A stretch of 51,522 bases of DNA from a virus (lineage: Duplodnaviria > Caudoviricetes): positions 1 to 51,522 of IMG/VR virus record IMGVR_UViG_3300048851_000132, one strand, 5' to 3'. How positions within the stretch are numbered: the stretch's first letter is position 1; each line of letters begins with the position of its first letter. Below the pieces are notes generated by a model that worked only from the letters and a program-made list of their open reading frames with translations, did not search any database and was not told where the DNA came from. The position numbers were made by a program, and so were the translations under genes. Positions 38,021 to 46,618 of the stretch are shown here, piece by piece.

Positions 38021-38212
38021 CTATTCTGCGCCAGAATTACGGGCCTTCCATAGACGGTACTCCGGCTGGAGTTTAAGTGTAACGTAGATGATGAGGATCA
38101 CTAGCAGCGTCAGCATTGTTATAAACAAGGAGGCGGGCATACTCAGGCGGTTCATTATCAAATTCAGGAAGATAAAAACCGCAAATCCCGCACATATCTT
38201 CGCTGAAAGCAC
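38021..38212 (-). CDS. Small AT-rich membrane protein
   Basis: Two hydrophobic helices, low GC, antisense within the array. Confidence 0.55.
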   Translation of the reverse strand: MLSAKICAGFAVFIFLNLIMNRLSMPASLFITMLTLLVILIIYVTLKLQPEYRLWKARNSGAE

Positions 38213-38331
38213 AACTATCTCTCCAATGATTCACTTATGACGCGCCAAGTTAAATAGAAGCTTGGGAATAAGCTACCAGGTTACTTCTGCTTGGCAACGA
38301 CAGAAGCAGAAGCGCACTACTGGAGAGCCGC

Positions 38332-38529
38332 ATGATATATGACCAGCAAACAGCCGAGCCGACCGCCTCTTCCCCGCGCGAGGTCTTGGTCCGCGTCAGG
38401 GCTGCGCTGAGGACCTGCCTTTTGGACGCACCCGGAGACCTCGCCCGGCCCGAGCGCCGGTCTGTGCTAGAACGCCGTATCGCCGAGTGCTCGCACGCGA
38501 TCGCACAGATGGGTGCCGCCCATGGCTGA
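38332..38529 (+). CDS. Hypothetical protein (array ORF)
   Basis: 65 aa with a GGAG RBS and MIYDQQTA start. Confidence 0.6.
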   Translation: MIYDQQTAEPTASSPREVLVRVRAALRTCLLDAPGDLARPERRSVLERRIAECSHAIAQMGAAHG

Positions 38530-38739
38530 ACAGCAGATGGCCTACCCTGAGGATGCGGAGGAGCACGCAAGCGCATTGGAAGAGGCGGTGTATGCGCAAC
38601 CCTCCCCGCCCACCGTAGCGACCATTGCCAACGAACTCGGCTGGCCAGCCCCTGGCCGTGGCTGAGGCCGTAGGGGCTCATTACTGGATGTTCCTGAGCG
38701 GAGACCTGTCCAGCCCGGAGACCACCAGGATCGAAACTG

Positions 38740-39051
38740 ATGGCGAGTGATCAGCAAACGACGGCCTGCCCTGGGTGCGATGACGCTGGGCACTTCGCTG
38801 CGTTCGTTGACCGAGAAGATAAAGGGCACTTCGACCCTGCTCTGCGCTGCTTCCTCTGCGGCGGTTCGGGGCGCGTCAGCGCCCAGACTGCGGAATGGCA
38901 CGCGCGAGGCCGGGCATTGAGGGACGCACGCCGCTCGCGGGGCGAGAGCGTCTTCGACCTGGCGAAGCGACTGGGCCTGAGCTCCTCCCAAGTCAGCGCC
39001 ATGGAGGTCGGCCTCGCTGACTCCTCACCTTTGGAGGTCGCTGATGACTGA
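38740..39051 (+). CDS. Zn-finger + XRE-HTH protein (array ORF)
   Basis: CPGC..G and CFLCGGSG followed by GRALRDAR..RG.S..DLAKRLGLS..VSAME.G. Confidence 0.8.
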   Translation: MASDQQTTACPGCDDAGHFAAFVDREDKGHFDPALRCFLCGGSGRVSAQTAEWHARGRALRDARRSRGESVFDLAKRLGLSSSQVSAMEVGLADSSPLEVADD

Positions 39052-39055
39052 CCAG

Positions 39056-39134
39056 CAAACGACCCTAGATGCACAGATGGATAGATATACATCTGTATAG
39101 ATGCACATCCAACCATCTATCCGTCATTGGACCA
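39056..39134. repeat. Centromere-like array, duplicated copy
   Basis: 79 bp, 69/79 identical to 39580-39658, with 4-bp periodic GATG/ACAT/ATCT units. Confidence 0.85.
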
Positions 39135-39161
39135 TATGCGACCGAAGCAGCTGAGGCGATC

Positions 39162-39392
39162 TCAGCCTTGGCCGTAGAGAGCCAAGCGAAGAGCTTCCAC
39201 CTCATGATCAGCCAGAACGATCTGGAGGTTCTGCTTGCCAACGGTAGGGGTCTCCATGCTGGCAATTTGGCTGAGCCGCCGGATGATGATTTCAGCACCT
39301 GAGCGACCGCGGCCCGTCTGGCCTTCTAGTGCTTTCAAAGCTGACGCGCACAGCACAGCGAGATCTGCGCTGTTGATCTGAATCGTGGCCAT
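39162..39392 (-). CDS. Hypothetical protein
   Basis: 76 aa (MATIQINSAD...) with a GAGGAG RBS. Lies between the two 79-bp copies. Confidence 0.65.
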   Translation of the reverse strand: MATIQINSADLAVLCASALKALEGQTGRGRSGAEIIIRRLSQIASMETPTVGKQNLQIVLADHEVEALRLALYGQG

Positions 39393-39579
39393 CCGACTCC
39401 TCGCCCACCGTTGGACGCGCACCTGATAAGGGCGCGGCTTAAAGAACGTGGGACAGCCGAATGAGTTGGAGCCATAGGACCCGCGCAGAGACGGCAAGCA
39501 GGTCGTGGGCGTGCCAGAATCAGGGTCGGACATCCCTGCCGTTCCTGGCGAAAACCTATCGGCAGCCTGCACATATCGT

Positions 39580-39658
39580 CAAACGACCCCGGATGCACAT
39601 ATGGATGGATATACATTTGTATAGATGCACATCCATCTATCTATCCTTTACTGGACCA
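39580..39658. repeat. parS/parC-like centromere downstream of the par operon
   Basis: AT-rich 4-bp periodic repeats (GATGCACATATGGATGGATATACAT...) abutting the stop of the RHH gene. Confidence 0.75.
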
Positions 39659-39950
39659 GTTTCTTGTTCTTTGCCAACCACATATCCAACGCCTCTGAGA
39701 CGATTGCTTGCTTTTGCCGACCGGTGCGGAAGCGGTGGAGAGCCAAGGCCTCGGCCTGTTCAGCCGAGAGCTTGAAGTTCATCGAGCCAGGCCGAGACAC
39801 GGATGGAGTCAGCGCCGGGGCTGGAGCCGGCGGCGGCTCGACCGCCAGAGGCATGGGCGGAGGGTTCTCCGCCCGCTCGATGGGCGGCGGCGCATCCAGG
39901 GGCCCCTTGGCGAAGATAGCGTCGAACTTGCTGCCAGGCCGCTTGGTCAC
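39648..39950 (-). CDS. ParG-like ribbon-helix-helix centromere-binding protein
   Basis: Pro-rich flexible N-terminus and C-terminal MNFKLS.E...AL...KQAIV.EALD.WL RHH pattern. Coupled to parA. Confidence 0.8.
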   Translation of the reverse strand: MTKRPGSKFDAIFAKGPLDAPPPIERAENPPPMPLAVEPPPAPAPALTPSVSRPGSMNFKLSAEQAEALALHRFRTGRQKQAIVSEALDMWLAKNKKLVQ

Positions 39951-40543
39951 GCGGTGATCTCCTTGCCGACTGCTTCATAGGCCTCCCAGGCTCGGGCCGA
40001 GCCCTTCTCTTTTGGCACGCCACGAACGGAGACGCCGTTGCTGGCTGCGTGCTCGAAAACCTTCAGCCGCGGCACCTGCCCGGTGAACACCGGGATGCCT
40101 TGGGAGGTGAGGACCTGGCGCAGCTGCTCACCATCCGTCTCTGGCGACGGCGGAACCTTGACGAGCAGCACACGGTGCTTGCCCGGAGCCAACTCCTTGG
40201 CCGCGCGCAGAGTGTCGACGAGCACATCTGTTTCCAGGGTGGCCGGGACGGTGGGAATCACCAGCAGGTCGCAGCCCTGAGCCAGGGCCTCGAAGTCCGC
40301 CGATCCCGGACGGGCTTCAGTGTCGACGACGACGTGTGTGAAGGAGCGGGCCTTGTAGGCGCCAGCCTCGACCGGGACGACCTCGAAAGCGAAGCCACCG
40401 CGCTTGGCCCAGGCCGTGCTGGAGCGGTTCGGGTCACCATCGATCAGCAGCGTCGGAGCGAGCGTCTGCAGGTACTCTGCCAAGTGCACCGCTGTCGTCG
40501 TTTTGCCTACGCCGCCTTTGTAACTCGCGACCGTGATGTACAT
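39947..40543 (-). CDS. parA: ParA partition ATPase (type Ib)
   Basis: KGGVGKTT deviant Walker A, LLIDGDPN and VVVDT. Short, with no N-terminal HTH. Confidence 0.95.
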   Translation of the reverse strand: MYITVASYKGGVGKTTTAVHLAEYLQTLAPTLLIDGDPNRSSTAWAKRGGFAFEVVPVEAGAYKARSFTHVVVDTEARPGSADFEALAQGCDLLVIPTVPATLETDVLVDTLRAAKELAPGKHRVLLVKVPPSPETDGEQLRQVLTSQGIPVFTGQVPRLKVFEHAASNGVSVRGVPKEKGSARAWEAYEAVGKEITA

Positions 40544-40612
40544 CTGTGCGGACATCCATCCATATGTGCAGATGTACATTTACACATATGGATGTACATC
40601 TGTACATCGATA
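40535..40612. repeat. parS/operator array upstream of parA
   Basis: GATGTACAT x3 and related 4-bp periodic units, same family as 39580-39658. Confidence 0.8.
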
Positions 40613-40910
40613 TTTAGGTGAGCTGATCGCGATAAAGCCCTGTTTCCGATTGGTTGCGTGGTGGGCAAGAGTCCTGCATTGTGCCGCGATGATCTTGGAG
40701 AGCCGCTCAATCCTGAGCAAAGCATAGCCCTAGAACGACGAAACCCCGCGCTTGCCGGCGCGGGGCTTGTCGGACCCGCCGGAGCGGATCGGAAACCAAT
40801 GACGTTGGTACTCCCGATCCTACATCGCCGAATCTGCCGCGCAAGAGGATTTTGCGTGAACGGGTGAGGCTTGCCGGCTGGTCCTCGGGCCAACCGAAGG
40901 AGGATCGGCT

Positions 40911-41459
40911 GTGCCGATCTCACGATCACGCCCGGCGCGTGCCGGGTCTGTGCGCGTTGCCGCCTGGCAGCGCCAGCGCCTCGGCGATGCCGACCGCCGC
41001 CGCATCATGGAAGCCGCGCGCCGCCTGGAGCGGCGCAGCCACCAGCCGGGGATGCATGGCGGCGCCCTGCGCCGCACCGGCATCCTGGTGCTCTGGACGC
41101 TGCTCTATCGTGGGCCGTCGCGGCATGGGGTCTGCGATCCCAGCCTCGGCCAGCTGGCCGCCTGGTCTGGCTGCGCCCGCTCCACCGTGCAGCTCGCCCT
41201 GCAGCGCATCGAGGCCGCTGGCATCATGGGCCACGTCCGCCGTGGCCTGACGGTCGCCGGCCGCTGGTGCCAGTGGACCTCGGCCTATCTCTTCGCCAGC
41301 CCGGCGCAATGGGCCGTAAGCGATACCGAGGCTCGGTCAGCCGAAGTCTCTCAGGAGAAAAAGAAGCTTAGGGAAGAAGGCGGGGGAGGGGAGGGGAGCG
41401 CCCTGCCAGCGACCGAGCACGCCGCGCTGGCGGCGAAATGGGGAGTGGCGATGGTCTAA
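40911..41459 (+). CDS. Putative plasmid replication initiator (HTH type)
   Basis: G.L...G..VL..LL...G.CDPS...LA..SGC.RSTV..AL.R.E.AG and Q.TSAY.F resemble HTH Reps of small alphaproteobacterial plasmids. Divergent from parA. Confidence 0.7.
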   Translation: MPISRSRPARAGSVRVAAWQRQRLGDADRRRIMEAARRLERRSHQPGMHGGALRRTGILVLWTLLYRGPSRHGVCDPSLGQLAAWSGCARSTVQLALQRIEAAGIMGHVRRGLTVAGRWCQWTSAYLFASPAQWAVSDTEARSAEVSQEKKKLREEGGGGEGSALPATEHAALAAKWGVAMV

Positions 41460-41485
41460 GGCCGGCGCGGCCTCCGCGGCAGCCC

Positions 41486-41731
41486 TCAGACAACCGGCGG
41501 CGGCAGGTCGCCGCGGTCCAACCAGTGGTCGATGATGGGGAACCATGCCTCGTGGTGGCCCAGGTAGGTGCCGTCAAGCGGGTGGCCCGGCATCACCAGG
41601 CGGTTGGTCTTGCCCCAGGAGCGCACGGTGGCGCCACGGTAGCACCAGATCTTCCAGGGGCCGTCCTCCGCCAGCTGGTGCGGCACGTGGGGTGGCGGCA
41701 GTTCGGGAGAGGATCGGGTCATGCCACCCAT
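41486..41731 (-). CDS. Hypothetical protein
   Basis: 81-aa ORF with protein-like composition. Confidence 0.55.
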   Translation of the reverse strand: MGGMTRSSPELPPPHVPHQLAEDGPWKIWCYRGATVRSWGKTNRLVMPGHPLDGTYLGHHEAWFPIIDHWLDRGDLPPPVV

Positions 41732-41762
41732 GTAGCACGCGCCAGGACGGCACCCCGCTGAT

Positions 41763-41819
41763 GATTGCGGCAGCCCAGCGAGGGCTCGACGGGGGACACG
41801 ATAAGCGGGCGTTATCGTG
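41763..41819 (+). repeat. Bipartite boundary repeat A (GATTGCGGCA-N39-TTATCGTG; core CACGATAA-N7-TTATCGTG)
   Basis: Perfect 8-bp inverted repeat with a 7-bp spacer. The motif recurs at 43060, 44660 and 46732. Confidence 0.8.
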
Positions 41820-41860
41820 CTTGAGAAGCAGATCCGAAGGGTGGCTTTGCTAAAGCGCCC

Positions 41861-42988
41861 ATGGCGGATAGCCTGAGTTCAGGAACGACGGATACCCTAT
41901 TTGGGAGGCAGCCACTGCAACCGATCACCAAAGGGCGCTCAATCCGGCTCTACCTCGTTGATGGCACTCCAACCGGGTTGATCACCGCAGAGATTGTGAA
42001 CTGGACAGGGCACGTGATTCTAGCGCCAAGGTCGCGCTTGGCAGACCTGCTCCAGCGCAAAGAGCCCCTACGAACAGGAGTATACTTCCTATTCGGGCCA
42101 GACCCGAACGATCCAGCACAGACGCTTCTCTATATCGGTGAAAGTGAGAATGTCGGGAAGCGTTTAACCCAGCACAATAAAGACAATGAGAAATCATTTT
42201 GGGAACGAGTATGCATCGTTACGAGTAAAGATCAAAACATTACGAAAGGGCATGGAAAATATCTTGAAAGCCGGCTGATCGAAATTGCCAAACGAGCTGG
42301 TAGAGCCAAAATTACCAATGGAACATCCCCTGAATATGGATGGTTACCGGAAGCCGATCTGGCGGATATGGAGTTCTTTCTCGAACAGGTTAAAGTTATT
42401 CTTCCTGTTCTAGGTCTTGATTTTCTGAGAGACACCGTTTTTATTAATGTTACTGCTAAGCCACAGGTGGCGAATGCTGAGGCAGCCAAAGTATCACTGG
42501 AGAGCCTTGGCTTGGTGCCACCTGCAACTACCGCGCGGCAACTAACTACAGTTCGAACGGAGCTAGGAGAAAGTCCCGTTTCCTTTCCTAAGGAAATGCC
42601 GCCAACCGTTGACCAAGATAAGCCTGTCTTCGAGATCAGGGACCTGAAATCTGACCTAGTCGCCTACGCTCAAGAGATTGCAGGCGAGATGGTGGTCCTC
42701 TCCGGCTCAAAGGCACGCATTGAAGAGGGTACTTCATTTACAACCTCACAGAAGCAACTGCGGAACAGCCTACGACAAAAGGGCATCTTGGCTGATGACC
42801 CAAACAGCTCGAACCACTACATCTTCACCGCCGACGTACCCTTCAGCAGCCCAAGTCAGGCCTCTGTCATCATCCTCGGACGATCAGACAATGGCCGCCT
42901 GTCCTGGCGAACCATGAACGGGGGAATGACCTACCAGAAGTGGCAGGAGGATCAGATCAGCAAGCTTCCTTCCAGTACTTCAGAGTAG
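41861..42988 (+). CDS. GIY-YIG nuclease fused to DUF4357 (RAMA-like) domain
   Basis: GVYFL...YIGESENV..RL.QH, YLE..LI and C-terminal VL.GS.A..F..D..F.SPS.A...I.GRS.NG..W. Confidence 0.9.
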   Translation: MADSLSSGTTDTLFGRQPLQPITKGRSIRLYLVDGTPTGLITAEIVNWTGHVILAPRSRLADLLQRKEPLRTGVYFLFGPDPNDPAQTLLYIGESENVGKRLTQHNKDNEKSFWERVCIVTSKDQNITKGHGKYLESRLIEIAKRAGRAKITNGTSPEYGWLPEADLADMEFFLEQVKVILPVLGLDFLRDTVFINVTAKPQVANAEAAKVSLESLGLVPPATTARQLTTVRTELGESPVSFPKEMPPTVDQDKPVFEIRDLKSDLVAYAQEIAGEMVVLSGSKARIEEGTSFTTSQKQLRNSLRQKGILADDPNSSNHYIFTADVPFSSPSQASVIILGRSDNGRLSWRTMNGGMTYQKWQEDQISKLPSSTSE

Positions 42989-43059
42989 CCGAGGCTTATG
43001 TATGGAACGTCGGTGCATGGACCGTAGGCCTGCTCAGGATCGAACCCACCGTTAAGTCG

Positions 43060-43116
43060 GATTGCGGCAACTGCCCGCCAGCAGTCCCATGCGACACTGG
43101 TTGAAGGATTATCGTG
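43060..43116 (+). repeat. Bipartite boundary repeat B
   Basis: GATTGCGGCA at 43060 and TTATCGTG at 43109, the same 49-nt offset as repeat A. Confidence 0.8.
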
Positions 43117-43263
43117 CTGCTGCGCCTATGGAAGCTGCAGTCGGGCTGCCCGTGTCGGGATCTGCGTGGCAGAATGTCACCGCCGGGACGAGGTCCAGAA
43201 ATGGTTCTGACGCCGGCGCTTGGGCCTCTGCTATGCAGCACAGCCCCTTTCTGGAGAGAATGC

Positions 43264-43638
43264 ATGTTCACCCACGTCATGATCGGCAGCAACGACCTGG
43301 AGCGGGCTCGGGACTTCTATGACGCCACTTTCGCCGCGTTGGGAGGCCAGCCCGGCGACATGGATGCCAGAGGTCGGCTGATCTATACCCACGCGGGTGG
43401 TCGGCTGATGATCACGAAGCCGATCAATGGCAATCCGGCGACCGCAGCCAATGGCGGGACGATTGGTCTCGCCGCTGCGAGCCGAGAGCATGTTCTCGCG
43501 TGGCACGAGGCCGGCACCGCGCATGGTGGTACCGCGATCGAAAGCCCGCCTGCGGAGCGCCCAAACGGGGCCTTTGTCGCTTACCTGCGCGATCCAGACG
43601 GAAACAAGCTCACCGCGCGAACTCAGGCGACGAAGTAA
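43264..43638 (+). CDS. VOC/glyoxalase family protein
   Basis: F.HV.IGSNDLE.A..FYDA, NG..IG..A and Y.RDPDGNK motifs. Confidence 0.95.
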   Translation: MFTHVMIGSNDLERARDFYDATFAALGGQPGDMDARGRLIYTHAGGRLMITKPINGNPATAANGGTIGLAAASREHVLAWHEAGTAHGGTAIESPPAERPNGAFVAYLRDPDGNKLTARTQATK

Positions 43639-43713
43639 GCGTCGGCCGCGGTATCAGTCCGGCTTGGGTCGACAGCAGTCAGGGCCGGCAGCACGTATCG
43701 GCTGTCAAAGAAA

Positions 43714-43743
43714 CAGCCTGGCAGGGGCGAGCCTGCCAGGCTG
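43714..43743. terminator. Intrinsic terminator-like hairpin
   Basis: CAGCCTGGCAGG-6 nt-CCTGCCAGGCTG perfect 12-bp stem. T-rich tail on the minus strand. Confidence 0.6.
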
Positions 43744-43959
43744 ATCTGGTTCTGCTTGCTCCCTTCCACGCTGGCTGTCTGGCCAGCGCCGGTCCGATCA
43801 GGGCCTGTCACCAGTTAGGGCGTTCACCACGCCGCCGCAGTGCGCATGGTGTAGCAGGCCCTGCTTAACGCCCGGTAAAGGCAGCGCCGCTTTTCTGCGC
43901 GACGCAGGATGGCACGCCCCCGTCTCGGTAGCTGGCTGGCCACCCGCTATGCTCCGCCC

Positions 43960-44649
43960 ATGCTGATGCTCTTCCGCCGCCTGCTGCTGGCCGCCCTGCT
44001 GCTCACCACCGCGCCCGCCCTCGCCGCCGATCTTCTCGGACAGGTGGTGGGCATCCAGGATGGCGACACCCTGACCCTGCTAACGCCGAAGCACCGGCAG
44101 GTGCGGGTACGCCTCTACGGCATTGATGCCCCGGAGAGCCGACAGCCCTACGGCACCCGGGCGCAGCAGGAGCTCTCGGCATTGGCCTTCCGCCAGCAGG
44201 TCCGCGTGACGGTGGAAGACACCGACCAGTACGGCCGCACCGTCGGCCGGGACTGGGCCGGATCGCTCGACGTCAATGCCGAGTTGATCCGCCGTGGCGC
44301 TGCCTGGGTCTATCGCCAGTACAACCGTGATCCGGCGCTACTGCCGCTTGAGGCGGAGGCCCGTCAGGCCAGGCGCGGCCTCTGGGCTATGCCGGCCAGC
44401 GAGCAGGTGCCGCCCTGGGTCTGGCGGCGGAACGGCGGCCGGGCGACCGCGACCCCGCAGCCATCAGCAGCGGGAAGGGCAGGGGCTACGGCGCCATCCG
44501 GTAGTACCGCCGGCCTAAGTTGCGGCAGCAAGCGCTCCTGCACCCAGATGAGCAGCTGCGCCGAGGCGCAGTTCTACTTCCGCCAATGCGGCCTGAGCCG
44601 GCTGGATGGCGACCGTGATGGGGTGCCGTGCGAGCGGCTGTGCCGCTGA
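43960..44649 (+). CDS. Secreted thermonuclease (SNase) with Excalibur domain
   Basis: Signal peptide, DGDT, RLYGIDAPE, D.YGR and A...RGLW motifs, with C-terminal LDGDRDGVPCE. Confidence 0.95.
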   Translation: MLMLFRRLLLAALLLTTAPALAADLLGQVVGIQDGDTLTLLTPKHRQVRVRLYGIDAPESRQPYGTRAQQELSALAFRQQVRVTVEDTDQYGRTVGRDWAGSLDVNAELIRRGAAWVYRQYNRDPALLPLEAEARQARRGLWAMPASEQVPPWVWRRNGGRATATPQPSAAGRAGATAPSGSTAGLSCGSKRSCTQMSSCAEAQFYFRQCGLSRLDGDRDGVPCERLCR

Positions 44650-44659
44650 CAGGATGCCG

Positions 44660-44716
44660 GATTGCGGCAACTTCTGCTGGGTCCATCCCTCAGCACGCGA
44701 GTCAAAGCTTATCGTG
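44660..44716 (+). repeat. Bipartite boundary repeat C
   Basis: GATTGCGGCA at 44660 and TTATCGTG at 44709 (49-nt offset). Core CACGCGAG-N7-TTATCGTG. Confidence 0.8.
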
Positions 44717-44983
44717 TATTGGTTGCCTTCGACGGGGTGAGGAGATTGGCCATCCCCGGACTTGATCGATGGTCAGGGGCATTAAAGTGGTCCTTGGGTT
44801 GCGCGGGCGCGTAGACATAGGTCAGCCGGATACCGTTCGCATCCGCAATGCTGTAGCCGCCGCGGGTTCGGACTGCTGCTCAGGAGCCGAGCACGATCGG
44901 CACAATTGGAACATAATAAGAACTTCGCGTACGGTAAAGTTGTGGAGTTGCCAGAATGCATGCACGCATGCGATCATGCGGTC

Positions 44984-45190
44984 ATGAATCGCAGGCAGCC
45001 TGTCGCGACTGATGGTCTTCTCTTCGCTGATCCGAAGGAGCCTCTTCAGGTGCGCATACCGTCCGGCATCAAGCGCCGTTTCAAGGCTGCCGCCGCGATG
45101 CGCGGGATTGAGCCGAACGCGCTGTTCGTCGAGGTTTGGGAACACTATGAGCGCACCAGAGGCGACGACGCCGTGCGAGAGGGTCCATAG
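44984..45190 (+). CDS. Small RHH-like regulator upstream of the methyltransferase
   Basis: PLQVRIP..IKRRFK..A..RG....LF RHH pattern. CATG repeats just upstream. Confidence 0.7.
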   Translation: MNRRQPVATDGLLFADPKEPLQVRIPSGIKRRFKAAAAMRGIEPNALFVEVWEHYERTRGDDAVREGP

Positions 45191-45850
45191 ATGAGCGCCA
45201 AAGAAGCTCCCGACGCTGGTAAGGACCTGCTGTCCAGCGTTAGCAACAAGACCTTTAAGACCATACTTGCAGACCCGCCGTGGCAGTTCATCAACCGCAC
45301 CGGAAAGGTCGCACCGGAGCACCGCAGGCTGGCGCGGTATGGCACAATGGACCTTCCGGCAATCTGTGCCCTTCCTGTAGAGAGGATCGCGGCGTCTACG
45401 GCTCACCTCTATCTGTGGGTGCCGAACGCGCTTCTGCCCGACGGTCTGCAGGTCATGAAGGCGTGGGGCTTCACCTACAAGGCGAACATCGTTTGGCGGA
45501 AAATCCGCAAGGATGGCGGTAGCGATGGGCGTGGCGTGGGCTTCTATTTCCGCAACGTCACGGAGATTCTGCTCTTCGGCACGCGCGGAAAGAATGCTCG
45601 GACGCTTCAGCGCGGACGGACGCAGGTGAATTACCTCGAAACCCGCAAGCGCGAACACAGCCGGAAACCGGACGAGATTTACGAGATCATCGAGGCATGC
45701 AGCCCAGGCCCGCGGATCGAGCTGTTCGCTCGTGGCGTGCTGCCCGGCTGGACATCATGGGGCAATCAGGCCGACGAGAGCTATGAGCCGACATGGGACA
45801 CCTATGCCCATAACTCGGCATCCCAGCGCCGGCTGATAGCGGCGGAGTAG
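45191..45850 (+). CDS. MT-A70 family N6-adenine methyltransferase
   Basis: ILADPPW, HLYLW, WGF.Y, EHSRKP and ELFAR motifs. Confidence 0.95.
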   Translation: MSAKEAPDAGKDLLSSVSNKTFKTILADPPWQFINRTGKVAPEHRRLARYGTMDLPAICALPVERIAASTAHLYLWVPNALLPDGLQVMKAWGFTYKANIVWRKIRKDGGSDGRGVGFYFRNVTEILLFGTRGKNARTLQRGRTQVNYLETRKREHSRKPDEIYEIIEACSPGPRIELFARGVLPGWTSWGNQADESYEPTWDTYAHNSASQRRLIAAE

Positions 45851-46618
45851 TTATTCTTCGCTCTCGTCGTCGCCCTCGTCGTCGCTGCCAGCGTCGAGGG
45901 GGACGGCTCCCGCTGTTTTCTTGCCTTTGGCCTTCCGCTTGGCATCGCGCTCAGCCTTAGCGGCGAACGCAGCAGCCAAGGCATCAGGACCATCATCGAC
46001 ATAGAGCTTGGGCGAGATCGCAAAAGTCAGTACCGGACAACCGCCACCCCCTCCGCCCTCAAGACGTGGCCATAGGCGGTTGTGATGGGTCGTAGTCGCG
46101 CCGTAACTCTTACCCTTCCCCAAACTATTGAAAATGCCCTGCAGGTCCCAAGATCGGGTTATGATGACGCCAACGTCTATAGTCCGAAGTTCAAACAAAA
46201 GACGAAAATTGTTAAGGTCGCGATCAAAAAATGGGTCTTTGTTATTCCATTCAAGTTCAAGAGCTACCCGACCCTTAAAGCAATCAACGAGATGTGTGGG
46301 ACTGTTATACTTATATTTATCGGTGAATGCGGTCTTTTTCTTACGCTCAGACCCTTCTTTGATCGAGATCGTTGTTTGAAATCCCTTCTCTTCCCAGCCG
46401 CGCGAATCGAACGCGGCGTTGATGCCTTTCGAGATGGGCGAGAGACCTTCTCCGGCGGTCAGAACCTCCGATTTGAGAAGGCGGAAATTGCGTAGGACTT
46501 CAACGATATCTGTCCATTCCGACGGGCATGCAGTCTGCAGTATGCCCGTTGCATTGCGCCATTCTTTGACCTGGTAGAGGTCGCGAAGATCTTCAGGGAT
46601 CAGGTGTTCAGTCGCCAT
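45851..46618 (-). CDS. BglII/BstYI-family type II restriction endonuclease
   Basis: H.VD..K.RVALE.EWNNKDPF.DRDL..F PD-(D/E)xK-like motif. Convergent with the MTase. Confidence 0.9.
   Translation of the reverse strand: MATEHLIPEDLRDLYQVKEWRNATGILQTACPSEWTDIVEVLRNFRLLKSEVLTAGEGLSPISKGINAAFDSRGWEEKGFQTTISIKEGSERKKKTAFTDKYKYNSPTHLVDCFKGRVALELEWNNKDPFFDRDLNNFRLLFELRTIDVGVIITRSWDLQGIFNSLGKGKSYGATTTHHNRLWPRLEGGGGGGCPVLTFAISPKLYVDDGPDALAAAFAAKAERDAKRKAKGKKTAGAVPLDAGSDDEGDDESEE

Larger units (their letters stand above)
37305..39590 (+). repeat. Dispersed direct-repeat array ATG..GAY-CAR-CAAACG-RCC at the 5' ends of consecutive small ORFs
   Basis: Copies start at 37305, 37608, 37837, 37976, 38332, 38522, 38740 and 39044, with a start-less copy at 39569-39590. 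Confidence 0.8.

Noticed and set aside
39056-40612. AT-rich periodic repeats as CRISPR or protelomerase target, and ORF extensions such as MYICTYG
   Set aside because: There are no unique spacers, no long perfect palindrome and no protelomerase. Their position flanking parA-RHH fits centromere/operator arrays, and the ORF extensions are translations of the repeats.
40628-40691. Possible inverted fifth copy of the bipartite boundary repeat (CGCGATAA ... TGCCGCGATG)
   Set aside because: The offset is 56 rather than 49-52, both parts are mismatched, and there is no matching second arm.
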